Shown here piece after piece: positions 24,951 to 37,038 of a stretch of 64,000 nt of DNA. Below the pieces are notes generated by a model. The model had not been told where the DNA came from, searched no databases, and saw only the letters and a program-made list of their open reading frames with translations. Source of the stretch: Octopus vulgaris (lineage: Eukaryota); assembly GCA_951406725.2 (NCBI GenBank), contig OX597817.1:9052001-9116000 (forward strand). Direction: 5' to 3'. The translations under genes and the position numbers were made by a program. Position 1 is the stretch's first letter, and each line of letters opens with the position of its first letter.

Positions 24951-25105
24951 TAGACCTCTCGACCGGACGGGGACTCGGGATGATGAGATCCCGGGGCCGC
25001 AATGTGCGTTCGGGGTGTCGATGTTCACTGAGTCCTGCAATTCGCATCAGTTCAAGCGGATAGCCGCGCTCTTCATCGACGGACGAGCCGAGTGATCCCC
25101 CGTCC
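24951..25105 (-). rRNA. 5.8S: Orphan 5.8S rRNA copy (likely retro-pseudogene)
   Basis: rc GGATCACTCGGCTCGTCCGTCGATGAAGAGCGC..GAATTGCAGGAC..CATCGACA..GAACGCACATTGCGGCCCCGGG; no 18S or 28S recognisable nearby. Confidence 0.9.
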
Positions 25106-25622
25106 TTTTGTTTTTTGTATCAGTTTTTACGCTGATTTTATTGTTATTTTTCTCATATCTAGACATTTAGAAAAAGCTAGATTATACTACTTTTTTTTTT
25201 TCTAAAATAACGCGAGACGAATTTGATCACTTTTCCTTCCGTAAGTTTCTTCTTCCTACACCATTTTTGACGCGGTTTGCGTATATAGATTCCTCTTATT
25301 GCGTTATTTCAATTAAGCTTATGTTAAATGCGTTCTAATACTGACCAAGATGTTGTGGTTTGAAGACGAATTTGGACTTTATACTCATTCAAATTTGTCC
25401 GCTTTTTTGGCTCCATAATTTTTCTTCTTTTTTTCTTTTCCAACAGCACCAATTTTGACGCAGCTTACAGAATTAGGAATATCCTTTATTAAAGTGTAAT
25501 TAAAGCAAAAACAACAAAGATCTAAGGAAACTGCGTGACTTAGAAGTTGTGTCTTTGCATTACTCTCCAGTTTTGAACGCATTTTTTAAAAGTGTAACTA
25601 AAACAAAAATAATAAAGAAATA

Positions 25623-26048
25623 AGGCGCAGGAGTGACTGTGTGGTAAGTAGCTTGCTAACCAACCACATGGTTCCGGGTTCAGTCCCACTGCATGGCATC
25701 TTGGGCGTGTGTCTTCTGCTATAGCCCCGGGCCGACCAATGCCTTGTGAGTGGATTTGGTAGACGGAAACTGAAAGAAGCCTGTCGTATATATGTATATA
25801 TATATATATATATAAGTGTGTGTGTATATGTTTGTGTGTCTGTGTTTGTCCCCCTAGTATTGCTTGACAACCGATGCTGGTGTGCTTACGTCCCCGTCAC
25901 TTAGCGGTTCGGCAAAAGAGACTGATAGAATAAGTACTGGGCTTACAAAGAATAAGTCCCGGGGTCGATTTGCTCGACTAAAGGCGGTGCTCCAGCATGG
26001 CCGCAGTCAAATGACTGAAACAAGTAAAAGAGTAAAAGAGTAAAAGAG
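25623..26048 (+). mobile_element. SINE family A
   Basis: Full-length copy. Confidence 0.92.
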
Positions 26049-26437
26049 AGTAGGCTATATTGATTAGAAGCTGCTTCTATGCATATTTTCTAACATATTT
26101 TTCGGAACACATTTTGACCCAGTATTCGCATCTAATTTGGAAAAGTATTGAATTAGCTTGAAGGCATAGAAGTGGTGGCTAAAAAAGTAAATGTTAAGTA
26201 TAAGAATATTATTCACCAATTGCTGTGCGGGAATGGTTTATAAATTCAAAACGAAAGCATGCTGATACAAGTTAGATTTATATCAGCAATCCTAGACTAT
26301 CTACATCTCGCCTTTTTGTATACAATGCAACTTCTAATCAAGAAAAAAAAAACTAATGAAAATATCATTTACAGCATGAATACAACTTCCAAATCTGATT
26401 AGTAATTAAATTCAAATCTTTTACGAAAAAAAAAATC

Positions 26438-26549
26438 TGCCCTGGGTGAGGCTCGAACTCACAACCTCCGCATATCTCCTATTTTGTGAACAACACAAAG
26501 AAGGTACTGTCTATAAGTACGGCGCGCTAACCGATTGTGCCACCGGGGC
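26438..26549 (-). tRNA. trnI-UAU: tRNA-Ile(UAU) with 38-nt intron (26474-26511)
   Basis: Exons identical to 24125-24236; intron differs at 4 of 38 positions; oligo-T downstream. Confidence 0.92.
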
Positions 26550-27086
26550 AGCTGATTCGTTGAGTGCATTTTACGTCTAATATGATTCATAATCTATATT
26601 GACAACGATCACCAAGTTTGAGTGCTTTCTGCTTGTTAACACAACTATGACGGCTTAGAGACGAATTTAAGCCTTGAATCCTTTCCGATTTGACCAGTCT
26701 TTTTTATATATAACCTTTTCCTACTCCCCCAAACAACAACACTCACTCAAGGACCAGCTGGTGATACTTAAACTAGGCAACAGTTGAAGTCAGCCATTGC
26801 AAGACAGAAATAGTAACATCGACTCACAAAGGCCATGGTCAAACAAAGGATATAACAGACACGCGTACACAATTATAGTTGAGAAATTGAAAGACGTAGT
26901 TCACACAGATTCAACACGTAGTTCACACAGATTCAACATAGAACTGTGGATCACAGCGACGAATTTGTCAACTTAGGAGACAATTTCCTTATGTAACAAA
27001 GTTTATGTAATTGCTTTAAAAGAAGCAAATAAACGACGCATTGGCACTCGTCCTTCTCTGATTGCCTTTTACTTGTGGGAATGTAT

Positions 27087-27511
27087 ACTCTTTACTCTTT
27101 TACTCTTTTACTTGTTTCAGTCATTTGACTGCGGCCATGCTGGAGCACCGCCTTTAGTCGAGCAAATCGACCCCGGGACTTATTCTTTTGTAAGCCCAGT
27201 ACTTATTCTATCGGTCTCTTTTGCCGAACCGCTAAGTCGGGGACGTAAACACACCAGCATCGGTTCTCAAGCAATGCTAAGGGGACAAACACAGACACAC
27301 AAACATACACACACACATATATATATATATATATACATACATATATACGACAGGCTTCTTTCAGTTTCCGTCTACCAAATCCACTCACAAGGCATTGGTC
27401 GGCCCGGGGCTATAGTAGAAGACACTTGCCCAAGATGCCACGCAGTGGGACTGAACCCGGAACCATGTGGTTGGTAAGCAAACTACTTACCACACAGCCA
27501 CTCCTGCGCCT
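27087..27511 (-). mobile_element. SINE family A
   Basis: Full length; TSD TGTG(G/T)GAATGTAT. Confidence 0.92.
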
Positions 27512-27697
27512 GTGTGTGAATGTATGTAGCGGCGCAGACACGAAACTTCAAACCCTTTACGAAATGCTGCAATGCATCTCCAAATATCATTTTGAAATTT
27601 ATTTTGTTTCATTTACACAGTTTTTTGCTTTGTTTTACTTGCTTTCATTGAATATTTTACGTCCTTAAAAGTTGTGTTAAGATTTTATTATCAATTT

Positions 27698-27857
27698 AGG
27701 AGTGGCTGTGAGGTAAGTAGCTTGCTTACCAGCCACATGGTTCCGGGTTCAGTCCCACTGCGTGGCACCTTGGGCAATTGTTTTCTACTATAGACTCGGG
27801 CAGACCAAAGCCTTCTGAGTGGATTTGGTAGACGGAAACTGAAAGAAGCCCGTCGTA

Positions 27858-27935
<78 letters not shown>

Positions 27936-28163
27936 TATGTATGTATGTATGTATGTGTATATGTTTGTGTGTCTATGTTTGTCCCCCCGTCATCGCTTGA
28001 CAACCGATGCTGGTGTGTTTACGTCCCCGTAACTTATCGGTTCGGCAAAAAAGACCGATAGAATAAGTACTAGGCTTACAAAGAATAAGTCCTGGCGTCG
28101 ATTTGCTCGACTAAAGGAGGTGCTCCAGCATGGCCACAGTCAAATGACTGAAACAAGTAAAAG
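27698..28163 (+). mobile_element. SINE family A with inverted tail duplication
   Basis: Full body; 41-bp perfect inverted repeat across 28123-28214. Confidence 0.9.
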
Positions 28164-28451
28164 TGAAATTACTCTTTTACTTGTTTCAGTCATTTGACTG
28201 TGGCCATGCTGGAGTAATTTCACTTAAATTAAAGTAACACGCCTCCAAAGTGAGAAAGACAAAAATACCGGCTTCTGTATGTTGCGACGGCATATGCGCA
28301 ACGTCGAGAAGAGATGGATCTGAATAGCTTAATTTGCGAAAGATTTCACTCTTCGAAAATTCATAATTACTGTATTATTAATTTCTCTGATACTGGTTGA
28401 GAATATCGTTTTAGGTTGAAAAAGTACCTCTCAATAGAAGTTTTCAATAAA

Positions 28452-28606
28452 GAGTGGCTGTGTGGTAAGTAGCTTGCTTACCAACCACATGGTTCCGGGT
28501 TCAGTCCCACTGCGTGGCATCTTGGGCACGTGTCTTCTGCTATAGCCCCGGGCCGACCAATGCCTTGTGAGTGGATTTGGTAGACGGAAACTGAAAGAAG
28601 CCTGTC

Positions 28607-28654
<48 letters not shown>

Positions 28655-28655
28655 T

Positions 28656-28698
<43 letters not shown>

Positions 28699-28898
28699 TC
28701 CCCCTAGCATTGCTTGACAACCGATGCTGGTGTGTTTACGTCCCCGTCACTTAGCGGTTCGGCAAAAGAGACCGATAGAATAAGTACTGGGCTTACAAAG
28801 AATAAGTCCCGGGGTCGAGTTGCTCGACTAAAGGCGGTGCTCCAGCATGGCCGCAGTCAAATGACTGAAACAAGTAAAAGAGTAAAAGAGTAAAAGAG
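28452..28898 (+). mobile_element. SINE family A
   Basis: Near full-length copy. Confidence 0.92.
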
Positions 28899-29274
28899 GT
28901 ACTTCAAACCAATGAGTTCCCACCAGTGGCATGTCGTGGCTTCTGAGGTTGGTCATGCAATAAATACTTATTAATTGAGCCGAATCATTTTGAAATTATT
29001 TAACTACGAGAACACAGTTACGTAATATGGCCATGGTTTCAGACCGTTGCGCTGCCAGAAGACAAATCAGCTGTTTTCTTTATCAGGCTACTCGTCAATT
29101 TCGGGAAAATAATTGACACTCACTACTGGTGTGGACTATGTCTGGCGCACACACGTGCGCGCTCATTGATCATACACACATATACATAAACACACACACA
29201 CAATGAAAGACAGCGAAAATTCAAGATTGCGAAAAGCACTCAATCATTTGTTCGACATTTACTCATATATATAT

Positions 29275-29669
29275 ACTCTTTACTCTTTTACTCTTTTACT
29301 TGTTTCAGTCATTTGACTGTGTATCTTTCTGCTGGAGCACCGCCTTTTAGTCGAGCAAATCGACCCCGGGACTTTTATTCTATTCCTGAGCCCAGTACTT
29401 ATTCTATCGGTCTTTTTTGAACCGCTAAGTGACGAGGACGTAAACACACCAGCATCGTCTGTCAAGCAATGCTAAGGGGACAAACACAGACACACAAACA
29501 TACACGCACATATATATATATATATATATATATATACGGGCTTCTTTCAGTTTCCGTTTACCAAATCCACTCACAAGGCATTGGTTGGCAGCTCATAGCA
29601 GAAGACTGTGGCCAAGATGCCACGCAGGGGACTGAACCCGGAACCATGTGGTTCTTTATGTACCACACA
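29275..29669 (-). mobile_element. SINE family A (indel-rich copy)
   Basis: Matches the family with many small indels. Confidence 0.85.
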
Positions 29670-29757
<88 letters not shown>

Positions 29758-29989
29758 ATACATAAAGAATAGGTGATAGGTAGATAGCGTAAGTAAATAT
29801 TGAAAATACATTGTAAAGAATATGTAAGTTATTTGTTGACAACGAAAAATAATAATCTATACACACACTCACACACACACACACACATGGGATATTAAAA
29901 AAAGGCATGAGCGTGTGTGTATAATTACCCAATAAATTCACATGAATCAAATGAAACAAACACTCTTATATTAGGTAACAGAATAGATA

Positions 29990-30692
29990 TGTAATGAATC
30001 TTGCATGCATGAAGTGGATTCGATCCACCAAAGCCAAATTTAAATTAACACTGCTACAGAACTTTTCCCCACGATGGAACAATGGTTTTTCTCTGACAGC
30101 AGTTTTACATTTTCCAGATGCCTTTAGCTAGGCCGAAATAATGTCTTCACCACTTGACCCTTTCTAACTTCTTCTACTTCACCAAAAGCTAGAATAGTGA
30201 TAACAAGACCACCAACTAAATCTACTGTTCTCGATAATACAGCTATCCTTCTAGATGCTTATATAAGCAAGCATAGCCCTAGCAAAAATCAGTTCGTCAC
30301 AGTCGTGACGACTCAACAGAGTTAGTCACTTGTCGACAACTGAACGAGGCAGCTCGTGACGACTCAATTAGTTAAGGAAAGGACTGCTAGAATCATGATC
30401 ACAAGGAATACCTCTGCTAAATATAATGGTCAGCGAGAGAAATGAAAATTCCTGTCAGTAGCTGTGAGACAACACCCTACAATTCTCTCTAGCTCTAATT
30501 CTGTTCCCTTACAACATCATTCTATCTCTCTCAGCAATTACTACTAAACAATGAAGAGGATACAAACACAAACTTTACTTCGCATCCTTTTGGATTTATC
30601 ATAACCTGCCCGTCGAGGCAAGGTATTGTAACGTAACGGTAAATAAATATTTCCTTAAAACTTCACGCATTGTTCATCTTCCACATCTTACA
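29990..30692 (+). mobile_element. Possible solo LTR
   Basis: TGTAA..TTACA ends and AATAAA near the 3' end; no matching TSD. Confidence 0.3.
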
Positions 30693-31138
30693 GTATGCAA
30701 TTATAACAACACATTTTTATCGTCACAGCTGCAGACTCCACCATTGCAAAATATTGTATACCAAAAGAATTTCTGCCGTTACAGATGTATTGTTTTTATT
30801 GATACAATTCCAGAAGTGGAGAGATAAATTAACGATCATCGGATCTGCCTAAACAGAAAAAGAAGACTTAGTCTCTTTGTTACTTAAGAGTCAACCTTGT
30901 TCTTTTTATTTTTTTGCTTGTTTCCATTGATTGCGTCCTTTCATCCACGATTTTCGTTGTATATTTTACAATTCTGACCCCTATAAATTGGATGTGGCAT
31001 TTTAAGGTGTCCAGTAAAAAGAGCCCAATCCATAGTTTTGCAATTCAGCTATGTCCGATGATCGCTAATTTACTACTCCACTTCAAGGAGGTTATCAGCA
31101 TGAAACCGTTCGATAACCTTAACTGGTTGTTATGAGAC

Positions 31139-31202
<64 letters not shown>

Positions 31203-31205
<3 letters not shown>

Positions 31206-31545
31206 CGTGGCATCTCAAGGCGACTACAGTACCAGTGATTGTAGGATCTCTAGGAATGATAAAAGAAAGGTACTGAAACCTATTTGAAAATGATACCAGG
31301 TTTACCATCCCTACAGGAAGTGCAAAAAATCGTGTTAACTGGAACGGCTCATGTACTGAGAAGAGCACTATCGATGTGAAAACAAAATCCATTCATGAAT
31401 TTATTTATTCATTAATTTTTTAAATACATATTTTACCTGTGAATTTGCGTGTGTAATCTGGGAATGCATACAATGAACTTCTCTGCTCTAGGTATACAGA
31501 AAGCACTCGGCAAGAAACGGAAGAAAATTTGAAGAAAGAAGGAAA
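31203..31545 (+). mobile_element. R4/Dong-type (RLE) LINE 3' fragment in (TAA)n
   Basis: WHLKATTVPVIVGSLGMI, frameshift, PSLQEVQKIVLTGTAHVLRRAL*; (TAA)n on both sides. Confidence 0.8.
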
Positions 31546-31568
31546 TAATAATAATAATAATAATGATG

Positions 31569-31729
<161 letters not shown>

Positions 31730-32215
31730 AATAAACGCTCTGATGCAGTACCAGGCAGTGGCTCTTATGGCTTCTCATCTAAACTGATTGGAAGTGTTAT
31801 CATGTACATGTTTTGTTTTGGTATAAAAGATGGGCTACAGTAAATATTCTGCTCAATACCACAGATTTTCTTGGCAGTTGTTTGACCTTAACAAGTTGAA
31901 CATATCCCTTGGAGGCTGACGATATGTGCATCTCTGATCACAATCAGAAGTAGACGGGGAGCATCATAGCCATGTGTTGAGAGGAATTCCTTGGAGTTTG
32001 AATAATTCACTTCTGGAAACAGGGGTGTTTCGTTCAACGTCCTTAAACAATCCTTATTTAAGGACCTTTTGAGCGGGATTGGCTACTCATCCTAAAGAAA
32101 AATCTAACTGAACCCTACCTGCAAGGTCATGCGCTATTTATCTTGATATGAGATCACCATGTCGCGTACATATTGTTGTGACACATGTACCTGGTGTACT
32201 CTTATCAAAAGGGTA

Positions 32216-32633
32216 GGTTACAAAGAGTTGGAAAAGGTAGGAAAATACAAGTTGCGAAAAGACGAAATTGCAAGAATGTGGACAATCAAAAGAGCAACTG
32301 CCATCTCAGTTGTTGTAGGAGCACTCAGAGCACCAACAACCAAGTTCCAGAAATATTTCGGAGAATTTGGAATTGACATGAAGATAGAACATGCTAAAAA
32401 AAAAAACTACTCTGTTAGGGTTAGTGAGGATTTTGATGTTGGTACTTGGTTGCAGAATATTTTCCACGATACTTAACATCTTGGGAGCCAAGTCTTTTAA
32501 TTAGTGGGAAAAGACCCTTGTAATTAGCGGAAGAGACTCTGTGCGACCTTTGACAGCAGGTTGCTGTCCGCTCTCACAGAATTAACCGGAGCAAGTAACA
32601 TCGAGAGGTCTGAGAAGTAAAGTAAAATAAAAT
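32216..32633 (+). mobile_element. Second R4/Dong-type LINE 3' fragment
   Basis: KELEKVGKYKLRKDEIARMW..SVVVGAL. Confidence 0.78.
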
Positions 32634-33114
32634 AGAAGAAGAAGAAGAAGAAGAAGAAGAAGAAGAAGGAGGAGGAGGAGGAGGAGGAGGAGGAGGAGGA
32701 GGATGGAGAGGAGGGGCGGAGGGGGAGAAGAAGAAGGGGGAGGAGGAGGAGGGGGAGAAGAAGAAGGAGGAGGAGAGGGAGGAGAAGGAGAAGAAGAAGG
32801 AAGAGGAGGAGGAGGGGAGAAGAAGGAGGAGGAGGAGGAGGATGGAGAGGAGGGGAGGAGGGGGAGAAGAAGAAGAAGACGGAGGAGGAGGGGGAGGAGA
32901 AGGAGAAGAAGAGGGAGGAGGAGGAGGAGAAGAAGAAGGAGGAGGAGGGGAGGAGAAGGAGAAGAAGAAGAAGAAGAAGAAGGAGGAGGAGGAGGGGAGA
33001 AGAAGAAGGAGGAGGAGGAGAAGGAGGAGGAGGAGAAGGAGAAGAAGAAGAAGAAGAAGAAGAAGAAGAAGAAGAAGGAGAAGAAGAAGCAGACGAAGAA
33101 GAAGAAGGAGAGAA

Positions 33115-33145
<31 letters not shown>

Positions 33146-33830
33146 GAGAAGAAGAAGCAGACGAAGAAGAAGAAGAAGAAGAAGAAGAAGAAGGAGAAGA
33201 AGCAGACGAAGAAGAAGAAGGAGAAGGAGAAGGAGAAGAAGAAGAAGAAGAAGAAGAAGAAGAAGAAGGAGAAGAAGAAGAAAAAGAAGAAGAAAAAGAA
33301 GAAGAAGAAGAAGAAGAAGAAGAAAAGGAAGAAGGAGAAGAAGAAGCAGACGAAGAAGAAGAAGAAGAAGAAGAAGAAGAAGAAGAAGAAGAAGAAGAAG
33401 AAGAAGAAGAAGAAGGAGAAGAAGCAGACGAAGAAGAAGAAGGAGAAGGAGAAGGAGTAGAAGAAGAAGAAGAAGAAGAAGGAGAAGGAGAAAAAGAAGA
33501 AGAAGAAGAAGAAGAAGAAGAAGAAGGAGAAGAAGAAGAAAAAGAAGAAGAAAAAGAAGAAGAAGAAGAAGAAGAAGAAGAAGAAGAAGAAGAAGAAGAA
33601 GAAGAAGAAGAAGGAGAAGAAGAAGAAGAAAAAAAGAAGAAAAAGAAGAAGAAGAAGAAGGAGAAGAAGAAGAAAAAGAAGAAGAAAAAGAAGAAGAAAA
33701 AGAAGAAGAAGAAGAAGAAGAAGAAGAAGAAGAAGAAGAAGAAGAAGAAGGAGAAGAAGAAGAAGAAAAAGAAGAAGAAGAAGAAGAAGAAGAAGAAAAA
33801 GAAAAAGAAGAAGAAGAAGAAGAAGAAGAA

Positions 33831-33861
<31 letters not shown>

Positions 33862-34034
33862 GAGAAAAAGAAGCAGACGAAGAAGAAGAAGAAGAAGAAG
33901 AAGAAGAAGCAGACGAAGAAGAAGGAGAAGGAGAAGGAGAAGAAGAAGAAGAAGAAGAAGAAGAAGAAGAAGAAGAAGAAGAAGAAGAAGAAGAAGAAGA
34001 AGAAGAAAAAGAACAACAACAACAACAACAACAG
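32634..34034. repeat. (GAA/GGA)n polypurine tract, about 1.4 kb, ending in (CAA)n
   Basis: Direct reading. Confidence 0.98.
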
Positions 34035-34222
34035 CAAGGTATTTGTATAAATATTTTCCGTTGTCAAAGTATAAAGACATATTGTTTCATGAAGCCATTT
34101 ATTAATCCATTTTATTACTACAGCATAACCTGAACATTTGCTTACGATGTGAGCTGGTCTCCGAACTTCATAAATATAATCTGTCTACACGCATATACGT
34201 ACACACACACACACACACAGAG

Positions 34223-34266
<44 letters not shown>

Positions 34267-34445
34267 GCACACTTTCATACATTGACACATAGTGTGACAG
34301 ATGTATTGTCGCGTGACTTAGTGAGTGTATGTGCGCATTAATATATATTAATCCTTCTTTGTACATACAACCATACATACAACCATACACATACATACAT
34401 ACATACATACATACATACATACATACATACATACATACATACATA

Positions 34446-35490
34446 CATAACAGGCCGGATATTGTTGTTTGGGACAGAGGGGCAAAGGTATGTGTAGTGA
34501 CCATATTCCAGTGTGCGCACACGCAACGCCATTCTTCAGCGTGCGCGTGCGGAACGTCACCTTTGTAGTGACCTCATATTCCAGTGTGCACACACGCAAC
34601 GTCATTCTTCAGTGCGTGTGCGGAACGTCTTTCTTCAGTGTGCGTGTGCGGGATTGGAATCTTCTGGAACCTTCTGGAAAGGCATAAGGAAGTTTCCCTC
34701 ATGCACATGCGCTAGAGACTGAAGAATAAATTCCATAGCGTTCCTTAATAGCGTTCGGGGACTTGCGACACGGCGATCGAAGAGAAAAGACGTATATTTT
34801 GAAACCTGTGATCAGCCTATTCTCCTGTCCCAGACGCTTAGGATTTAACCTGTTCTATTAATGCTGAATTGTTGTAAAGCTTACAAACGTTTGAATTCAG
34901 CCCTGCTGCGTTGAACTAGGTGGATACCAGTATACCATCGTGTTTTATTGTCGAAACCAGAAAATAAAGAATTATATATATTTCTAAACTTGCTTTTCGT
35001 TCCTGACTGGTAGTTTCTAGAAACAAAAAGAAAGGAAATTGTGTTGCACCCAAAGTTGCACCCCAAAAGTGTAAAGAAGCAACCAGTTCCCTTTACATAT
35101 GTACCGTCACAAAGGTTAGCTGCTCCGCAGATATAAATACCTCTTTGAAAATCAAAGAAAAAATGAATATCTATGGACGACTGCTTCGAAACCTCCAGCT
35201 TCTATATCCAGACAATGAATTCATATTTATACCAATAATAATTGGAGCACTAGGGTTTGTAAGTAAATGCTTAAAGGAGAATCTGGATAAACTGGGATTT
35301 TCAGAAAGAGAAATCGACCGGCTGATTCGTACATTACAAGTGCAATCTATGAGTGGAACAGTAAAAATATGCAAGACTTTTCTCAAGTTCCAAATGTGAA
35401 TTTGTCTGTGTTAACTACATCCCAAAGATGGAGCCATATATCTCTGTTGGAAACCGGCTCCCTCCTCAGAGGAAAATTTATAATAATTAA
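34446..35490 (+). mobile_element. Third RLE-type LINE 3' fragment, split by a solo LTR
   Basis: HNRPDIVVWDRGAKVC joined to TVTKVSCSAD..KEKMNIY..IPIIIGALG..GTVKICKTFL* once the LTR is removed. Confidence 0.85.
34493..35097 (+). mobile_element. Solo LTR (same family as 17398-17902)
   Basis: TGTAG..TTACA, 4-bp TSD TATG, AATAAA, internal 5' tandem duplication. Confidence 0.9.
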
Positions 35491-35542
35491 AAAATAGAAA
35501 AGATCTACATACTTACTTATTTAAATATTTAAATATTTAATT

Positions 35543-35605
35543 CACCTGAAGATTGACTGTAACCCGAAATTTTAAGAATTGGACAGCCATGAAACGATCG
35601 TAGTG
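35543..35605 (+). ncRNA. Hammerhead ribozyme motif (type I, palindromic stem III)
   Basis: CAC-CTGAAGA-TTGACTGT..ACAGCCAT-GAAA-CGATCG-TA-GTG. Confidence 0.65.
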
Positions 35606-35732
35606 TTATACTAATTATCTTTTTTTAATAATTTTGATATATATTTAAAATAATATAAATTAATTAATCTTATGTATTGGCTTGAGTTTTTCATTGTATG
35701 ATTTGCCTAATAGTGGTTTTATCTCTAATTTA

Positions 35733-35777
<45 letters not shown>

Positions 35778-36960
35778 CAGTTTTTCTCATAAGACTGATA
35801 GGGGTAGTTGAGTTTAACTCTAGGCGTTAAGAGCCACTGATGAGGGTTAGGAGCCGCTGATCCGGCTATGTACGGTGGAGACTTACCTCCCTTTGTCAGT
35901 CACTTAGGACAGTGCGTTTGTGGCTTTGAGTTAGTTTAACACTTATCTTTAGCAAATGCGGTCCTAGTCAAAACCCTCTATCACTTTTGTGACCTCCATT
36001 AATTTTGACTTTAGGTTCTAATTGCTGAGAAGCCCCATTTTTAATTTATATGTGTGTGTCAGTGTATGTATGTATGTATGTATGTATGTATGCATGTATG
36101 TATGTATGTATGTATGTATGTATGTATGCATACAACTGTTGCTCTGTTTTGAAAGAAGGTATCCCCTCATCAATCATATTTTCTATAGTGTAAAATATGT
36201 ATTTGAAACCCGACAATGAACCCATGCGGTCAAATAATAGTTATACTCTCCCTCTCTCTCTCTCCCCTCTCCCTCTCTCTCTCCCCCTCTCCCTCCTCTC
36301 TCTCTTGTGTTTTGTAATTATACAGTTGTCAGAGGGTGCGTAGGTGGTGGATTTTGCGGTGATGGTGATGATGATGGTAACGGTGATGGTGTGCCGTTTG
36401 GTTATGGTGAATATAATAAGCGTTGGTTATTATCAACCGCATCACATCCCTTACTCCCCATCTGTTGTCCTTCAGGCAATAAAAGAAATCTGTATTATTA
36501 TCTCACAGAATAATAATTGCAAACCTGGAATGTTGGGAAGAGAGGTGAGAGAGAGAGAGAGAGAGAGAAAGAGGTGAGAAGAGTGAGAGAGAAATAAAAA
36601 ACAAAACAAGGCTTAAAGTGGAGGGAAAAATGCATAAACAAAAACGTAGGAGCTGAAGATTTGTTAGTTAATCGGTTTAAAATGAGAGAAGGACGAGTGT
36701 CTGTGTGAAACTAGAAAATCCTGACTCGATGAAAATTTGGATCCTGAACAGGTATGACAAAAATATATAGAGAAGGACAATAACAGGTACGTAGACACAC
36801 AAGCTTTAGGGCAAGGACTTAATGCACACCTTACCACGTGAATATATATGTATGTATGAATGTATGTATGGTTGTATGTATGTATGTATGTATGTATGTA
36901 TGTATGTATGTATGTATGCATAAGCTTTTCTTCCAACGTGTAATTTAACCCATACACAAC

Positions 36961-37004
<44 letters not shown>

Positions 37005-37038
37005 TATATATATATACACACACACGCGCGCGCACACT

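Noticed and set aside
26894-26938. 23-bp tandem duplication ACGTAGTTCACACAGATTCAACA
   Set aside because: Ordinary local duplication with no associated structure
29275-29669. Unusually indel-rich SINE as a new subfamily
   Set aside because: Scattered indels in an otherwise young-looking copy are more consistent with low consensus accuracy
32524-34133. 400-518 aa poly-E/K/R/L/F/S ORFs
   Set aside because: Artefacts of the (GAA/GGA)n tract, open in several frames on both strands
35836-35980. CTGATGA-GGGTT..AACCC as a hammerhead
   Set aside because: No GAAA after the putative stem II and no stem I closure
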